A stretch of 60,813 nt of DNA, taken from NCBI GenBank assembly GCA_964485485.1, contig CAZAJW010000234.1:1-60813 (forward strand), read 5' to 3'. This stretch comes from an uncultured Atribacterota bacterium (lineage in GTDB: Bacteria; Atribacterota; Phoenicimicrobiia; Phoenicimicrobiales; Stramentimicrobiaceae). Positions 9,316 through 19,348 of this stretch are shown here, in pieces; the stretch's first letter is position 1, and each line of letters begins with the position of its first letter. Position numbers and translations under genes: made by a program. The notes beneath the pieces were generated by a model. The model did no database searches. It worked only from the letters and a program-made list of their open reading frames with translations, and was not told the origin of the DNA.

Positions 9316-10377
9316 TTATTTTGTAAAAATTCTTAAAATATCTTGATAGGTTGCAATAAGGAAAATCATAACAACCAATGCAAGACCGATAATATAAATA
9401 AAATTAACATGCTCAGGTTCAAGAGGTTTGCCCCTGATTTTTTCGATTACTAACAAAACAATTTGTCCACCATCCAATATTGGTATGGGGAAGAGATTGA
9501 TAATTCCTAAAAAAATATTTATTACTGCTGTAAAAAATAACAAGTTTAAAAAGCCAACCTGTGCTGCTTCTCCAGCCATTTGAGCAATTCCTAACGGGCC
9601 AGCGAGTTCGATAGGCATTTTTCCTGTAAACATTTCCAAAAATCCTTTTCCAATTAAACGGATTATTTCACCAATCATTTCTATAGACTTGCTGACAGAC
9701 TGAAATAATGTTAGTTTTTTTATATTAACCTCAAGGGTAATACCTATTATAGCCCTTTCGTATTCGGGATTGTATTCTGGAACAACTTTAGTATTGAAAA
9801 AATCATTATTTCGCATAAGGCGTATTGTAATCGTTTCATCTTTTTTTTGATTAATAATTTCCGAAATATCTTCAGCATTTTCAATTATGGTTGAATCGAT
9901 AGATACTATTTTATCACCACTTAGAATGCCAGCTTTTGCTGCAGGACTTTCATCAGCAACATTACCAATAGTGTTTGATATTTGGGCTATTCCAGAAAAG
10001 TAGAAAACAATTATTAACAATAATATTGCCAAAATAATATTCATGATGGGGCCATTTACTATTACAGATACTCTGACAAAAAATGATTTCTTGTCGAATC
10101 TTTGCTTTTCAGGAACATATTCTTCTGTCGATATCTCTTTGTTTTCATGATTTTCGTTATGTTCCATTTCCCCAGCCATCTTAACATATCCACCAAATGG
10201 AAATAAGCATAATATATACTCTGTTCCTTTCCAGAAAAAACCGGCAATTTTTGGTCCGAAACCTAATGAGAAGCGAAAAACTTTTATTCCTGATAGTTTT
10301 GCTGTTATGAAATGACCGAATTCATGAAAAAGGATAGCTATGCCCAAAACAAAAATAAAGGCCAATATAGTCAACAA
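9316..10377 (-). CDS. rseP: RIP zinc metalloprotease RseP/RasP (M50, PDZ-containing site-2 protease)
   Basis: HEFGHF zinc motif, central PDZ-like segment and C-terminal NLFPIPILDGG motif. It follows dxr as in Bacillus. Confidence 0.9.
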   Translation of the reverse strand: MLTILAFIFVLGIAILFHEFGHFITAKLSGIKVFRFSLGFGPKIAGFFWKGTEYILCLFPFGGYVKMAGEMEHNENHENKEISTEEYVPEKQRFDKKSFFVRVSVIVNGPIMNIILAILLLIIVFYFSGIAQISNTIGNVADESPAAKAGILSGDKIVSIDSTIIENAEDISEIINQKKDETITIRLMRNNDFFNTKVVPEYNPEYERAIIGITLEVNIKKLTLFQSVSKSIEMIGEIIRLIGKGFLEMFTGKMPIELAGPLGIAQMAGEAAQVGFLNLLFFTAVINIFLGIINLFPIPILDGGQIVLLVIEKIRGKPLEPEHVNFIYIIGLALVVMIFLIATYQDILRIFTK

Positions 10378-10430
10378 TTTATATTTCTCCTCTTAAATAA
10401 TGATTTGTTTATTACTTATTTATCAATCTT

Positions 10431-11600
10431 TCAATTCTTCTTATTTTCGGTGCAAAATTGGCTTGTAAGCTTTCTGGTTTCCCGATCCTGACAGATAATA
10501 TCTTGTATGCTAGGATTTGCTTTATTTTTATGTTCATTCATTACTCTTGATACAATATTTATAATTTCTTTAAATTTTAATCCTTGATTTAAAAATGCAT
10601 TAACTGCAATTTCGTTTGCTGCATTTAATGCTGCAGGAAAAGTGCCTCCCTGCCTAATTGCTTCATAGCAAAGATCAACACTGGGAAATCTTTTAGAGTC
10701 AAGCTTTTTAAAAGTTAGCTGACCTATTTTCGCCAAATTAAGTCTAGATAGGTTACTTTTAACTCTTTTTGGATAATGTAAAGCAAAATGGATAGGAATA
10801 CGCATATCATGATTACTTAGTTGAGCAATCATACTACCATCTTCATATTGGACTAGGGCATGAATATAACTCTGAGGGTGAACTAATATTTCAATTTTGT
10901 TGATAGGAATATTAAAAAGCCAATAAGCTTCAATAACTTCAAGGCCTTTGTTCATTAAAGTTGCTGAATCAATTGTTACCTTATTACCCATTTGCCAATT
11001 GGGATGATTTAGAGCTTCCTCTACTGAGACATTATCCATAGCAGTTTCTTTTAAATTATAAAATGGACCACCTGAGGCAGTAATAATAATTTTTTCGATG
11101 TTATCATAAAATTGAGGCTGAATACACTGTAATATTCCACTATGTTCGCTGTCAATAGGAATTATCTTTATGTCATTTCTGTTTGCTTCTTCCATTAGTA
11201 TTTCTCCGGCAGAAACTACTATCTCTTTGTTTGCCAGACAAATCTCTTTTTTGGCATTAATTGCTTCGATTACAGGCTTTAAAGCATTCATACCAGCAGT
11301 TGCAACAACTACCTTGTCAATTTCTTTTATGGTAGATATTTTACTAAGCCCATAGTCCCCATAAAGTATATTGCAATTATTTTTATTTGCTAATTTATTT
11401 TTTAATTCCCTAGCTAGCCTCTCATCTTTTACTACGACATATTTAGGATTAAATTGATTAATTTGTGTTTTTAACAAATCAACATTTTTCCAGGCAGATA
11501 AAGCAATGATTTCAAAACTTTCTGGTTCATTTTTAATTACCTCTAAGGTTTGTTTCCCTACAGAACCAGTGGATCCTAATATTGTTATACATTTTTTCAT
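10431..11600 (-). CDS. dxr: 1-deoxy-D-xylulose 5-phosphate reductoisomerase
   Basis: 389 aa with the ILGSTGSVG NADPH-binding motif and Dxr similarity over the full length. Confidence 0.95.
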   Translation of the reverse strand: MKKCITILGSTGSVGKQTLEVIKNEPESFEIIALSAWKNVDLLKTQINQFNPKYVVVKDERLARELKNKLANKNNCNILYGDYGLSKISTIKEIDKVVVATAGMNALKPVIEAINAKKEICLANKEIVVSAGEILMEEANRNDIKIIPIDSEHSGILQCIQPQFYDNIEKIIITASGGPFYNLKETAMDNVSVEEALNHPNWQMGNKVTIDSATLMNKGLEVIEAYWLFNIPINKIEILVHPQSYIHALVQYEDGSMIAQLSNHDMRIPIHFALHYPKRVKSNLSRLNLAKIGQLTFKKLDSKRFPSVDLCYEAIRQGGTFPAALNAANEIAVNAFLNQGLKFKEIINIVSRVMNEHKNKANPSIQDIICQDRETRKLTSQFCTENKKN

Positions 11601-11638
11601 GAGAATAATTTTTACTCCATTTTTTTAACAAAATAATG

Positions 11639-12448
11639 TTAACTAAGATAATTTAGACAAAAATATAAAACCGGTACTGAGAATAAAAGACTATCCATAC
11701 AATCCAATACTCCACCATGACCAGGTATTAATTTACCAGAGTCTTTAAAATCGAAATTTCTTTTAATTATTGATTCAAATAAATCACCCGCTTGACCACA
11801 AATAGCAGAAATAAAACCTAGCGTGAAGAGCATTAATGGATGCAAGGGCAGTAAAAAATAAAAGGCTATTCCACAGATAGAGCCACCCAAAATCCCGCCG
11901 ATAGAACCCTCCAATGTTTTGTTAGGACTAATTCTTGGAAAAATATGTTTTTTGCCAAAGTTAATACCCACAATATATGCCATTGTATCACTCATCCAGG
12001 TTGTGAATAAAGCAAAAATTATAAATAAATTACCGTCAGTCAAATTTCTAATATCAATTAAAAATGACAACAAATGTCCAATATATATAGCAATAAATAT
12101 AGTTGTTGCTATATTGATAACCATGTATTTTTTGTTAGCTTTCAGTAGAAAGTGTTCTACGAAAATAAGCAAAATAATTAGTGTGAATAGCAAATTAATA
12201 TTAAGAAAAAAAGGTTCCGGTATAGTTCTTCTAAATAAAAAAAATAAGGATGCCACTATTCCAAGAATTAGTGAAGGACAATATCTACTTTTAAAAATAT
12301 TCCATAGTTCAATAGTTCCAATAATTGCCAATAAAGCAATCATTGAATAAAAAATTAATCCACCTAAATGAATAATAACTAATACCAAAGGTACACCGAT
12401 AACAATAGTAAGTGTTCGAGTTTTTATCTTTTCAAATTTCTCCCCCAA
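11639..12448 (-). CDS. cdsA: Phosphatidate cytidylyltransferase
   Basis: 269-aa polytopic membrane protein with the CTP-transferase signature SIIKRNFDFKDSGKLIPGHGGVLDCMDS. Confidence 0.92.
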   Translation of the reverse strand: MGEKFEKIKTRTLTIVIGVPLVLVIIHLGGLIFYSMIALLAIIGTIELWNIFKSRYCPSLILGIVASLFFLFRRTIPEPFFLNINLLFTLIILLIFVEHFLLKANKKYMVINIATTIFIAIYIGHLLSFLIDIRNLTDGNLFIIFALFTTWMSDTMAYIVGINFGKKHIFPRISPNKTLEGSIGGILGGSICGIAFYFLLPLHPLMLFTLGFISAICGQAGDLFESIIKRNFDFKDSGKLIPGHGGVLDCMDSLLFSVPVLYFCLNYLS

Positions 12449-13178
12449 ATTTTCTCACCCTTTTTTCATAATCATTTAAAGCTCTCCATAAATCTTTTTT
12501 AGAAAAATCCGGCCAGAAAGTATTTGTAAACCACAACTCCGTATATGCTATTTGCCATAAAAGAAAATTACTGATCCTCTTTTCTCCTCCTGTGCGGATT
12601 AGTAAGTCAGGATCAGGGATATTTGCCGTAAAAAGATTTTGATTGACAATTTTCTCATTTATATTGAAAGGTTCTAAATTATTTTTTTTAAATTGTTGAT
12701 AGATTGACTGGAATGCATTGCATAACTCTAATCGGCCTCCATAATTAATAGCTATGTTTAGAATTAATTTATAATTGTATTCCGTTGCCTTTTCTAAATT
12801 ATTCATTGCTGTTTTTAATTTTTCGGATAAGGAAATTCTGTCACCGATGAATTTAACTTTAATCTGGTTTTTGATAAGATTTCTTTTTTCTTTTTCGATA
12901 ACTTCTTGAAATAAATTCATTAGTGAAGTAATTTCTCTTTGTGATCTTTTCCAATTTTCGGTAGAAAATGCATAGAGAGTTAATATTTTAACACCTGCTT
13001 TTAATGATTCAGCAATGACCATCCTTATTGTTTTTATCCCAGCGTTATGACCAGCAAATCTTGGAAGGTTATTTTTTTTAGCCCATCTCCTATTTCCATC
13101 CATTATAATTGCTATATGGTTAGGTATTAGTTTATATTTTTGATAATTATTTAAATTATTATTGGAATTTTCTGGCAT
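12432..13178 (-). CDS. uppS: Undecaprenyl diphosphate synthase (cis-prenyltransferase)
   Basis: 248 aa with the IAIIMDGNRRWA motif. It overlaps cdsA by 17 nt. Confidence 0.95.
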   Translation of the reverse strand: MPENSNNNLNNYQKYKLIPNHIAIIMDGNRRWAKKNNLPRFAGHNAGIKTIRMVIAESLKAGVKILTLYAFSTENWKRSQREITSLMNLFQEVIEKEKRNLIKNQIKVKFIGDRISLSEKLKTAMNNLEKATEYNYKLILNIAINYGGRLELCNAFQSIYQQFKKNNLEPFNINEKIVNQNLFTANIPDPDLLIRTGGEKRISNFLLWQIAYTELWFTNTFWPDFSKKDLWRALNDYEKRVRKFGGEI

Positions 13179-13200
13179 TTTTTACCTTTATTATTTTATA

Positions 13201-13264
13201 AAAAAACCCCCATTTTATTCTAAAAAATAATACAATATTTATAACTACAATAGGTAAAAGGGGG
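13201..13264 (-). terminator. Terminator-like hairpin plus T7 run between frr and uppS
   Basis: On the minus strand CCCCCTTTTA (13264-13255) pairs with TAAAATGGGGG (13217-13207, one bulged A) across a ~37-nt loop. TTTTTTT follows, 22 nt upstream of the uppS ATG. Confidence 0.3.
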
Positions 13265-13367
13265 AATAAGTGATATATTCAATATTCAATAGCTATTTAT
13301 ATAATCTTTAATGAACCTCCGGTTATAATAAGGGTTAAAAATAAAAAATAATAGAAATAGTTTATTT

Positions 13368-13928
13368 TTAAACTTTCATTATTTCTGCTTCTTTTTGTTT
13401 ATAAATTTCATCTACTTCTTTTATGTAGTTGTCTGTCAAATCCTGAATTTCTTTGAATACTTCTTTGCTTTGGTCTTCGGATATTTCACTATTTTTTTCC
13501 ATTTTTTTTATCTTATCATTAATCTCTCTTCTAACATTTCTAATAGCAACCTTGGAAGATTCTATTTCTTTTTTCACTATTTTAACTATATCTTTTCTTC
13601 GGTCTTCCGTCATAGGGGGAATTGAAAGACGTATGACGGTACCATCATTATTTGGTGTTAATCCAAGATCTTCTTTCCATATTGCTTTTTCCACATCATT
13701 GACAGAACTCTTATCCCATGGCTGGATAACTATTAAATCAGCTTCGGGAATAGATATATTGGCAATTTCTTTTAAAGGAGTAGGAATACCATAATATTCT
13801 ACTTTTATGTTTTCTACTAATGCAGAGGAAGCCCTACCTGTCCTGATATGAGATAGTTCATCTTTAATTATTTCAATAGCTTTTTTCATCTTATGTTTAG
13901 CTTCTTTCAATAGTTCATTTACCATCAT
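13368..13928 (-). CDS. frr: Ribosome recycling factor
   Basis: 186 aa with full-length RRF similarity, located after pyrH. Confidence 0.95.
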   Translation of the reverse strand: MMVNELLKEAKHKMKKAIEIIKDELSHIRTGRASSALVENIKVEYYGIPTPLKEIANISIPEADLIVIQPWDKSSVNDVEKAIWKEDLGLTPNNDGTVIRLSIPPMTEDRRKDIVKIVKKEIESSKVAIRNVRREINDKIKKMEKNSEISEDQSKEVFKEIQDLTDNYIKEVDEIYKQKEAEIMKV

Positions 13929-14653
13929 TAGTCCTCCTTTACGATTGTTCCGATAGGTTCACCTAAGATAACTTTTTTTATATTCCCGGGTAAATTTAGA
14001 TTAAAAACAATAACAGGAACGTTGTTTTCCATACACAACGAAATGGATGTAGCATCCATAACTCTTAAATTTTTATTTAGGAAATCAAGAAAACTTATCT
14101 TTTTGTATTTCAATGCATTGGCATTTAAAAGAGGATCTGACTCATAAATACCATCTACCTTAGTTGCTTTAAGTATTGCATCGGCTTCTAACTCAATAGC
14201 CCTTAAAGCAGCAGCGGTGTCTGTTGTAAAAAAAGGATGACCTGTACCGGCTGCCAAGATAATAATTCTATCTTTTTCTAAATGCCTGATAGCCCTTCTT
14301 CTGATATAAGGTTCGGCAATAGCTTTCATTTCAATAGCGGTCTGAACTCTTGTTTCAATGTTTAGTTTTTCTAATGAATCTTGTAAGGCAAGAGCATTGA
14401 TGACAGTACCAAGCATTCCCATATAGTCAGCAGATGCCTGATTAATTCCTCTCTTGCTTGCCTCTCTTCCTCGAAAGATGTTTCCGCCTCCAATAACAAT
14501 TGCAATCTGTATCCCCATTTTTTTTATATCGGCTAATTCTTTTGAAATAAATTTAACTCGCCCAATATCAATTCCTCCTTTTCTTCCTTCAGAAAAGGAT
14601 TCACCACCTAATTTTAACAGTATTCGTTTATAAATAGGGTTATTTTTATGCAT
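13928..14653 (-). CDS. pyrH: UMP kinase
   Basis: 241 aa with [19 protein letters not shown] and other amino-acid-kinase fold motifs. Confidence 0.95.
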   Translation of the reverse strand: MHKNNPIYKRILLKLGGESFSEGRKGGIDIGRVKFISKELADIKKMGIQIAIVIGGGNIFRGREASKRGINQASADYMGMLGTVINALALQDSLEKLNIETRVQTAIEMKAIAEPYIRRRAIRHLEKDRIIILAAGTGHPFFTTDTAAALRAIELEADAILKATKVDGIYESDPLLNANALKYKKISFLDFLNKNLRVMDATSISLCMENNVPVIVFNLNLPGNIKKVILGEPIGTIVKED

Positions 14654-14732
14654 TTTCTCTAATTATTATTTAATATTATAAGATATGTTAACTGTTTTAA
14701 GGGTTTTTCAATGTTCATTATATTCACTTAAT

Positions 14733-15326
14733 TTATTCTCCAAGTTTAAATCTAGCAAATCTTTTAACTATGATGTTTTCTTTAAGTTTAGCTATTGCTT
14801 CTAAGATCAGTTGATTGACTGTCTTCTCAGGTTCACGTATGTATTCCTGTTCCAACAAGCAAATTTCCTTAAAGTATTTATTAAGCTTACCTTCGACTAT
14901 CTGGTCTAGAACTTTTTGAGGTTTATTTAGATTTTCTGCCTGACCATAATAAACTTCTTTTTCTTTGCTTATAACTTCTTCCGGAACCTCTTCACGCTTA
15001 ATGTATTTTGGATTAGATGCTGCAATCTGAAGCGTAATATTCTTTGCTAATTCATTAAACTCTGGGGTTTTTGCAACAAAATCTGTTTCACAATTTATTT
15101 CCAACAATACTCCTACTTTTCCATTTAAATGTATATAAGAGGCAATTAAACCATTTGAAGCTTTGCGACCAAATTTAGAACTTGCTGATTGAATGCCTTT
15201 TTTGCGAAGATAATCAACTGCCTTTTCTAAATCTCCATTAGTTTGGGTTAAGGCTTTTTTGCAATCCATCATACCCGCACCTGTTTTATCTCTCAATTCT
15301 TTCACTAGTTTAGCACTAATACTCAT
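14733..15326 (-). CDS. tsf: Elongation factor Ts (short form)
   Basis: 197 aa with the N-terminal UBA-like AKLVKELRDKTGAGMMDCKKAL, downstream of rpsB. Confidence 0.95.
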   Translation of the reverse strand: MSISAKLVKELRDKTGAGMMDCKKALTQTNGDLEKAVDYLRKKGIQSASSKFGRKASNGLIASYIHLNGKVGVLLEINCETDFVAKTPEFNELAKNITLQIAASNPKYIKREEVPEEVISKEKEVYYGQAENLNKPQKVLDQIVEGKLNKYFKEICLLEQEYIREPEKTVNQLILEAIAKLKENIIVKRFARFKLGE

Positions 15327-15369
15327 CTTCTTTCAGTCTCCTTTAAGTTAACATATATTGTTTAAAAAA

Positions 15370-16083
15370 TTATACTGCTATTTTGACATTATCTTCTAAA
15401 GATGCTTTCTTACCTTCCAAAACAGCATCAGCAATGACTGAAGTCATCAGCTTGATTGCCCTTATTGCATCATCATTGCCAGGTATTACATAATCAATTT
15501 CTTCAGGATTACAATTGGTATCAACGACTGCTACAATTGGAATAGATAGTTTTCTGGCTTCCGCTACTGCAATTTTCTCTCGTTTTGGATCAATTATAAA
15601 TAAAGCATCTGGTAATTTTTCCATATATTTAATGCCAGTTAATAATTTTTCAAGTTTTTCTTTTTCCCTTTTTAAAATAATGACTTCTTTTTTAGGCAGA
15701 AGATTAAAATCTTCACCCTGTTCCATTTTTTCTAATTGAAAAAGGCGTTTAACTCTTTGATTAATAGTATTAAAATTAGTCAATGTGCCGCCAAGCCATC
15801 TATAGTTAACATATGGCATTCCACATTTATCAGCTTCTGAACTAATTGATTCCTGTGCCTGTTTTTTTGTTCCTACAAACATAATATTACCGTTCTTGCT
15901 GGCAAGGTTATGAACAAAATTATAAGCTTCATCTATTAATTTAACAGTTTGTTGAAGGTCAATAATATATATATTATTCCTTTCAGTAAAAATATATGAT
16001 CGCATTCTTGGATCCCAACGCCTTTTTTGATGTCCAAAATGGACACCAGACTCTAATAATTGTTTCATAGATATAACGCTCAA
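15370..16083 (-). CDS. rpsB: 30S ribosomal protein S2
   Basis: 237 aa containing [19 protein letters not shown]. Confidence 0.97.
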   Translation of the reverse strand: MSVISMKQLLESGVHFGHQKRRWDPRMRSYIFTERNNIYIIDLQQTVKLIDEAYNFVHNLASKNGNIMFVGTKKQAQESISSEADKCGMPYVNYRWLGGTLTNFNTINQRVKRLFQLEKMEQGEDFNLLPKKEVIILKREKEKLEKLLTGIKYMEKLPDALFIIDPKREKIAVAEARKLSIPIVAVVDTNCNPEEIDYVIPGNDDAIRAIKLMTSVIADAVLEGKKASLEDNVKIAV

Positions 16084-16346
16084 ATAACCACTCTCCTTTT
16101 TAAAAATTATTTAAATATTTTACCATAGTTATATTATAAAATAAAGAATGATAAAAACCAAATAAGTATAACACAATTAGTTTTGTTAATCAAGACAAAC
16201 AATTGATATGTAATTATTAGCTTATTATTATAATGACTAGAATGATCATCGATATTTTTGCAAAATTTATAGGTTTCTATAATTCCTAATATTATATACT
16301 ATATTCTATATTATAATTATAGATTAATTTTTAGTATTTGACATTA

Positions 16347-17777
16347 TTACAATATATATTTGCTCAAGTCTTCCTGTTGTATTACATTTTGCAATCGGGT
16401 TTTAACGTAGTTTTTAGTTATAACTACTTTCTTTTTTCCTATCTTAGGAGCATTGAATGATATTCTTTCTAATAATTTCTCAAGAACTGTATAAAGCCTC
16501 CTGGCGCCAATATTTTCATTTTGTTCATTTACGATTGCAGCCATCCTAGCCAATTCTTTTATTGCTTCATATTGAAACTCCAAATCGATTCCTTCTGTTT
16601 TTAAAAGTGCCTTATATTGTTTAATTAAAGAATTATCTGGTTCTATTAGTATCTTCTCTAAATCTTCTTGTTTTAAACTATTTAATTCTACTCGTAATGG
16701 GAATCTTCCCTGTAATTCAGGAATTAAATCTGAAGGTTTGGAGGAGTTGAAAGCCCCAGCAGCTATAAAGAGAATGTGGTCTGTCTTTACTACTCCATAT
16801 TTAGTTACAACAGAAGAACCCTCAATAATTGGCAAAATATCCCTCTGTACACCACTTCTTGATACGTCAGGTCCATATGATTTTTCATTCATTGCAATTT
16901 TATCAATTTCGTCAATAAAAACAATTCCCAATTCTTCGGTTTTGGTAATAGCTTCCCTGGCTATCTTGTTGGTTTCCAACATTTTTTCAATTTCCTCATC
17001 CAGAAGAACTTTTCTTGCATCTGATATTTTTAATTTTTGTCTTTTTTTCTTATTAGGCAGCATCCGATCCATAATATCTTTAAAATTGATGCCAATTCCT
17101 TCCATGCCCATATTTGAAAATAAATCCATTGAGGATTGGCTCTGTTCTTCAATATCGATATCGATAAATTTTTCTTCAAACTTTCCATTTCTAAGTCTTT
17201 CTCGCAGTTTTTCTTTTGTTTTTTTAAATCTTTCTTTTTGTTGATTTTGTTTAGATAAAGCATGATCACTGACGGTGTTTTCTTCTTTGTCTATGAGAAT
17301 CCCAGCTTGACTATTTTGGTAATTTATATTTGTTTCCTCTTTTAAATCCTCCTGATTAATGTTAGGAAAAAGAGCTTGAAGTATTCTCTCTTCAACTTTT
17401 TCCTTAGCTTTCTCGCGAACCTCATCAATTTTTTCTTGCCGGATAAGTTGTATAGCCGCCTGCACCAAATCCCTTATCATAGAATCAACGTCTCTACCAA
17501 CATAGCCTACTTCGGTAAATTTAGTTGCCTCTACTTTTATAAAAGGTGCTTTAACGATTTTAGCCAATCTGCGAGCTATTTCGGTTTTTCCTACGCCAGT
17601 AGGCCCTATCATTATAATATTTTTAGGGGTAACTTCATCAATTAATTTTTTAGGAAGTTTTTTTCTTCTTATTCTGTTTCTTAAGGCAATGGACACAGTT
17701 TCTTTTGCTTTTTTTTGTCCAATAATATATTTATTTAATTCTGATACAATCTCAGATGGGATTAACCCTTTTAACAT
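16347..17777 (-). CDS. hslU: ATP-dependent protease ATPase subunit HslU
   Basis: 476 aa with Walker A GPTGVGKTEIARRLA and Walker B FIDEIDK, downstream of hslV. Confidence 0.95.
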   Translation of the reverse strand: MLKGLIPSEIVSELNKYIIGQKKAKETVSIALRNRIRRKKLPKKLIDEVTPKNIIMIGPTGVGKTEIARRLAKIVKAPFIKVEATKFTEVGYVGRDVDSMIRDLVQAAIQLIRQEKIDEVREKAKEKVEERILQALFPNINQEDLKEETNINYQNSQAGILIDKEENTVSDHALSKQNQQKERFKKTKEKLRERLRNGKFEEKFIDIDIEEQSQSSMDLFSNMGMEGIGINFKDIMDRMLPNKKKRQKLKISDARKVLLDEEIEKMLETNKIAREAITKTEELGIVFIDEIDKIAMNEKSYGPDVSRSGVQRDILPIIEGSSVVTKYGVVKTDHILFIAAGAFNSSKPSDLIPELQGRFPLRVELNSLKQEDLEKILIEPDNSLIKQYKALLKTEGIDLEFQYEAIKELARMAAIVNEQNENIGARRLYTVLEKLLERISFNAPKIGKKKVVITKNYVKTRLQNVIQQEDLSKYIL

Positions 17778-17789
17778 AATTTTCCTCCA

Positions 17790-18335
17790 TTAGCTTTTCA
17801 GGAATTCAACTGCAATATAATCATTTGTATAAATGCAAATTGAGGCAGTTATTTTCAATGACTCCATGGCAATATCAGAAGCAGACAATTTTGTAAATCC
17901 AAGTAATGCTTGGGCTGATGCCAAAGCATAGGGTCCACCAGAACCAATCGCTGCAATGGGTTTATCGGGTTCTATAATATCACCATTTCCCGATATAGTG
18001 AACATATCTTCTAAATCTGCAACAATTAATAGAGCCTCTAGTCTTCTTAATACTTTATCTGTTCTCCAATCTTTAGCTAACTCAATTGAGGCTCGTTTTA
18101 GATTCCCCTGGAATTCCTCTAATTTGTTTTCAAATCGTTCATATAAAGTAAGTGCATCAGCTGCACCCCCTGCAAAACCCGTTAAAACTTTATTATGATA
18201 AAGTTTTCTAATCTTTTTGGCTTCATTTTTAGCAATGGTATTACCCATTGTAATTTGTCCGTCTCCAGCAATAGCTATCTCGTTTTCTCGTCTGACAGCG
18301 AGAATTGTTGTGCCTTTATACATAATCAACACCAT
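17790..18335 (-). CDS. hslV: ATP-dependent protease subunit HslV
   Basis: 181 aa. The N-terminal GTTILAV supplies the catalytic Thr after processing, and the protein is an Ntn-hydrolase family member. The exact start (M1 or M5) is uncertain. Confidence 0.92.
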   Translation of the reverse strand: MVLIMYKGTTILAVRRENEIAIAGDGQITMGNTIAKNEAKKIRKLYHNKVLTGFAGGAADALTLYERFENKLEEFQGNLKRASIELAKDWRTDKVLRRLEALLIVADLEDMFTISGNGDIIEPDKPIAAIGSGGPYALASAQALLGFTKLSASDIAMESLKITASICIYTNDYIAVEFLKS

Positions 18336-18427
18336 CTCCTTAAATTGTGATATTATTTCGCAATTATTTTTATTTAGTAAACTACAAATTCAATATTGAT
18401 TTTTATATATCTAAATATAAAAATTAT

Positions 18428-19348
18428 TCATTTTCTTGGGATAGAACTTTTATAAGTTTTTATTAATTTGTCCTTGGTTATATGAGTATAAATCTGTGTA
18501 GTTGATAAGCTTTCATGTCCCAATAGCTCTTGCACTGACCTTAAATCAGCACCACCATTCAAGAGGTGAGTCGCAAAAGTATGTCTAAAGACATGTGGGC
18601 TAATTTTTTTATTTAGATGAGCAAGTTGCATATACTTGTTAATCATTCTCCGAATACTCCTAGGAGAAAGCCTTTTTCCGATACAATTAATGAATAAAGC
18701 TTTAGATAAGACTGATTGATGATAATTTGTCCTAGGTACTTGTTCCCTGCATTTTAAATACTTGTATATGGCTGTTTTAGCTGGCTTGCTAAATGGAATT
18801 ATTCTTTCTTTAGAACCTTTGCCCATAACTTTTATTATATCATCATCCAAATTTATGTCATCAACGTTTAAACTGGAAAGTTCTGTTACTCTCATTCCTG
18901 TCCCATACAGCAATTCTACAATAGCTTGGTTTCTTTTGATAATAGGTTTGTCTTCTTTGAAAGAATCGATTAATTTGATGACTTCTTCAAAAAATAAAAA
19001 ATCCGGTAAACCCTTTTTTATTTTGGGAATTTGTACATACTCTGCTGGATTACTATTAATTAATTCTTGTTGTATTAAATATTTAAAAAATACACGAAAA
19101 GAGGATATCTTTCTCGCTATTGTTCTATCGGCATATCTTTCTTGTTTCAAAAAAACAACATATTTTCTTATATGATGGTAATTAATAAGAGTAAAATCGT
19201 TGATTTTATTATCTTTATTTATGAAATACAATAAATCGCAAATATCTTTGATATATGCATTTATAGTATTGAAAGAAAAATTTCTTCTTTCTTTAAGATA
19301 ATTTTTGTATTCTTTTAGTTGATTAATTAGTATTTTTGTTTTATTCAT
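18428..19348 (-). CDS. xerC: Tyrosine recombinase XerC/CodV type
   Basis: 306 aa with the C-terminal catalytic pattern R...HVFRHTFATHLL...LLGH...TQIYTH. The topA-xerC-hslVU order matches Bacillus codV-clpQY. Confidence 0.88.
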   Translation of the reverse strand: MNKTKILINQLKEYKNYLKERRNFSFNTINAYIKDICDLLYFINKDNKINDFTLINYHHIRKYVVFLKQERYADRTIARKISSFRVFFKYLIQQELINSNPAEYVQIPKIKKGLPDFLFFEEVIKLIDSFKEDKPIIKRNQAIVELLYGTGMRVTELSSLNVDDINLDDDIIKVMGKGSKERIIPFSKPAKTAIYKYLKCREQVPRTNYHQSVLSKALFINCIGKRLSPRSIRRMINKYMQLAHLNKKISPHVFRHTFATHLLNGGADLRSVQELLGHESLSTTQIYTHITKDKLIKTYKSSIPRK

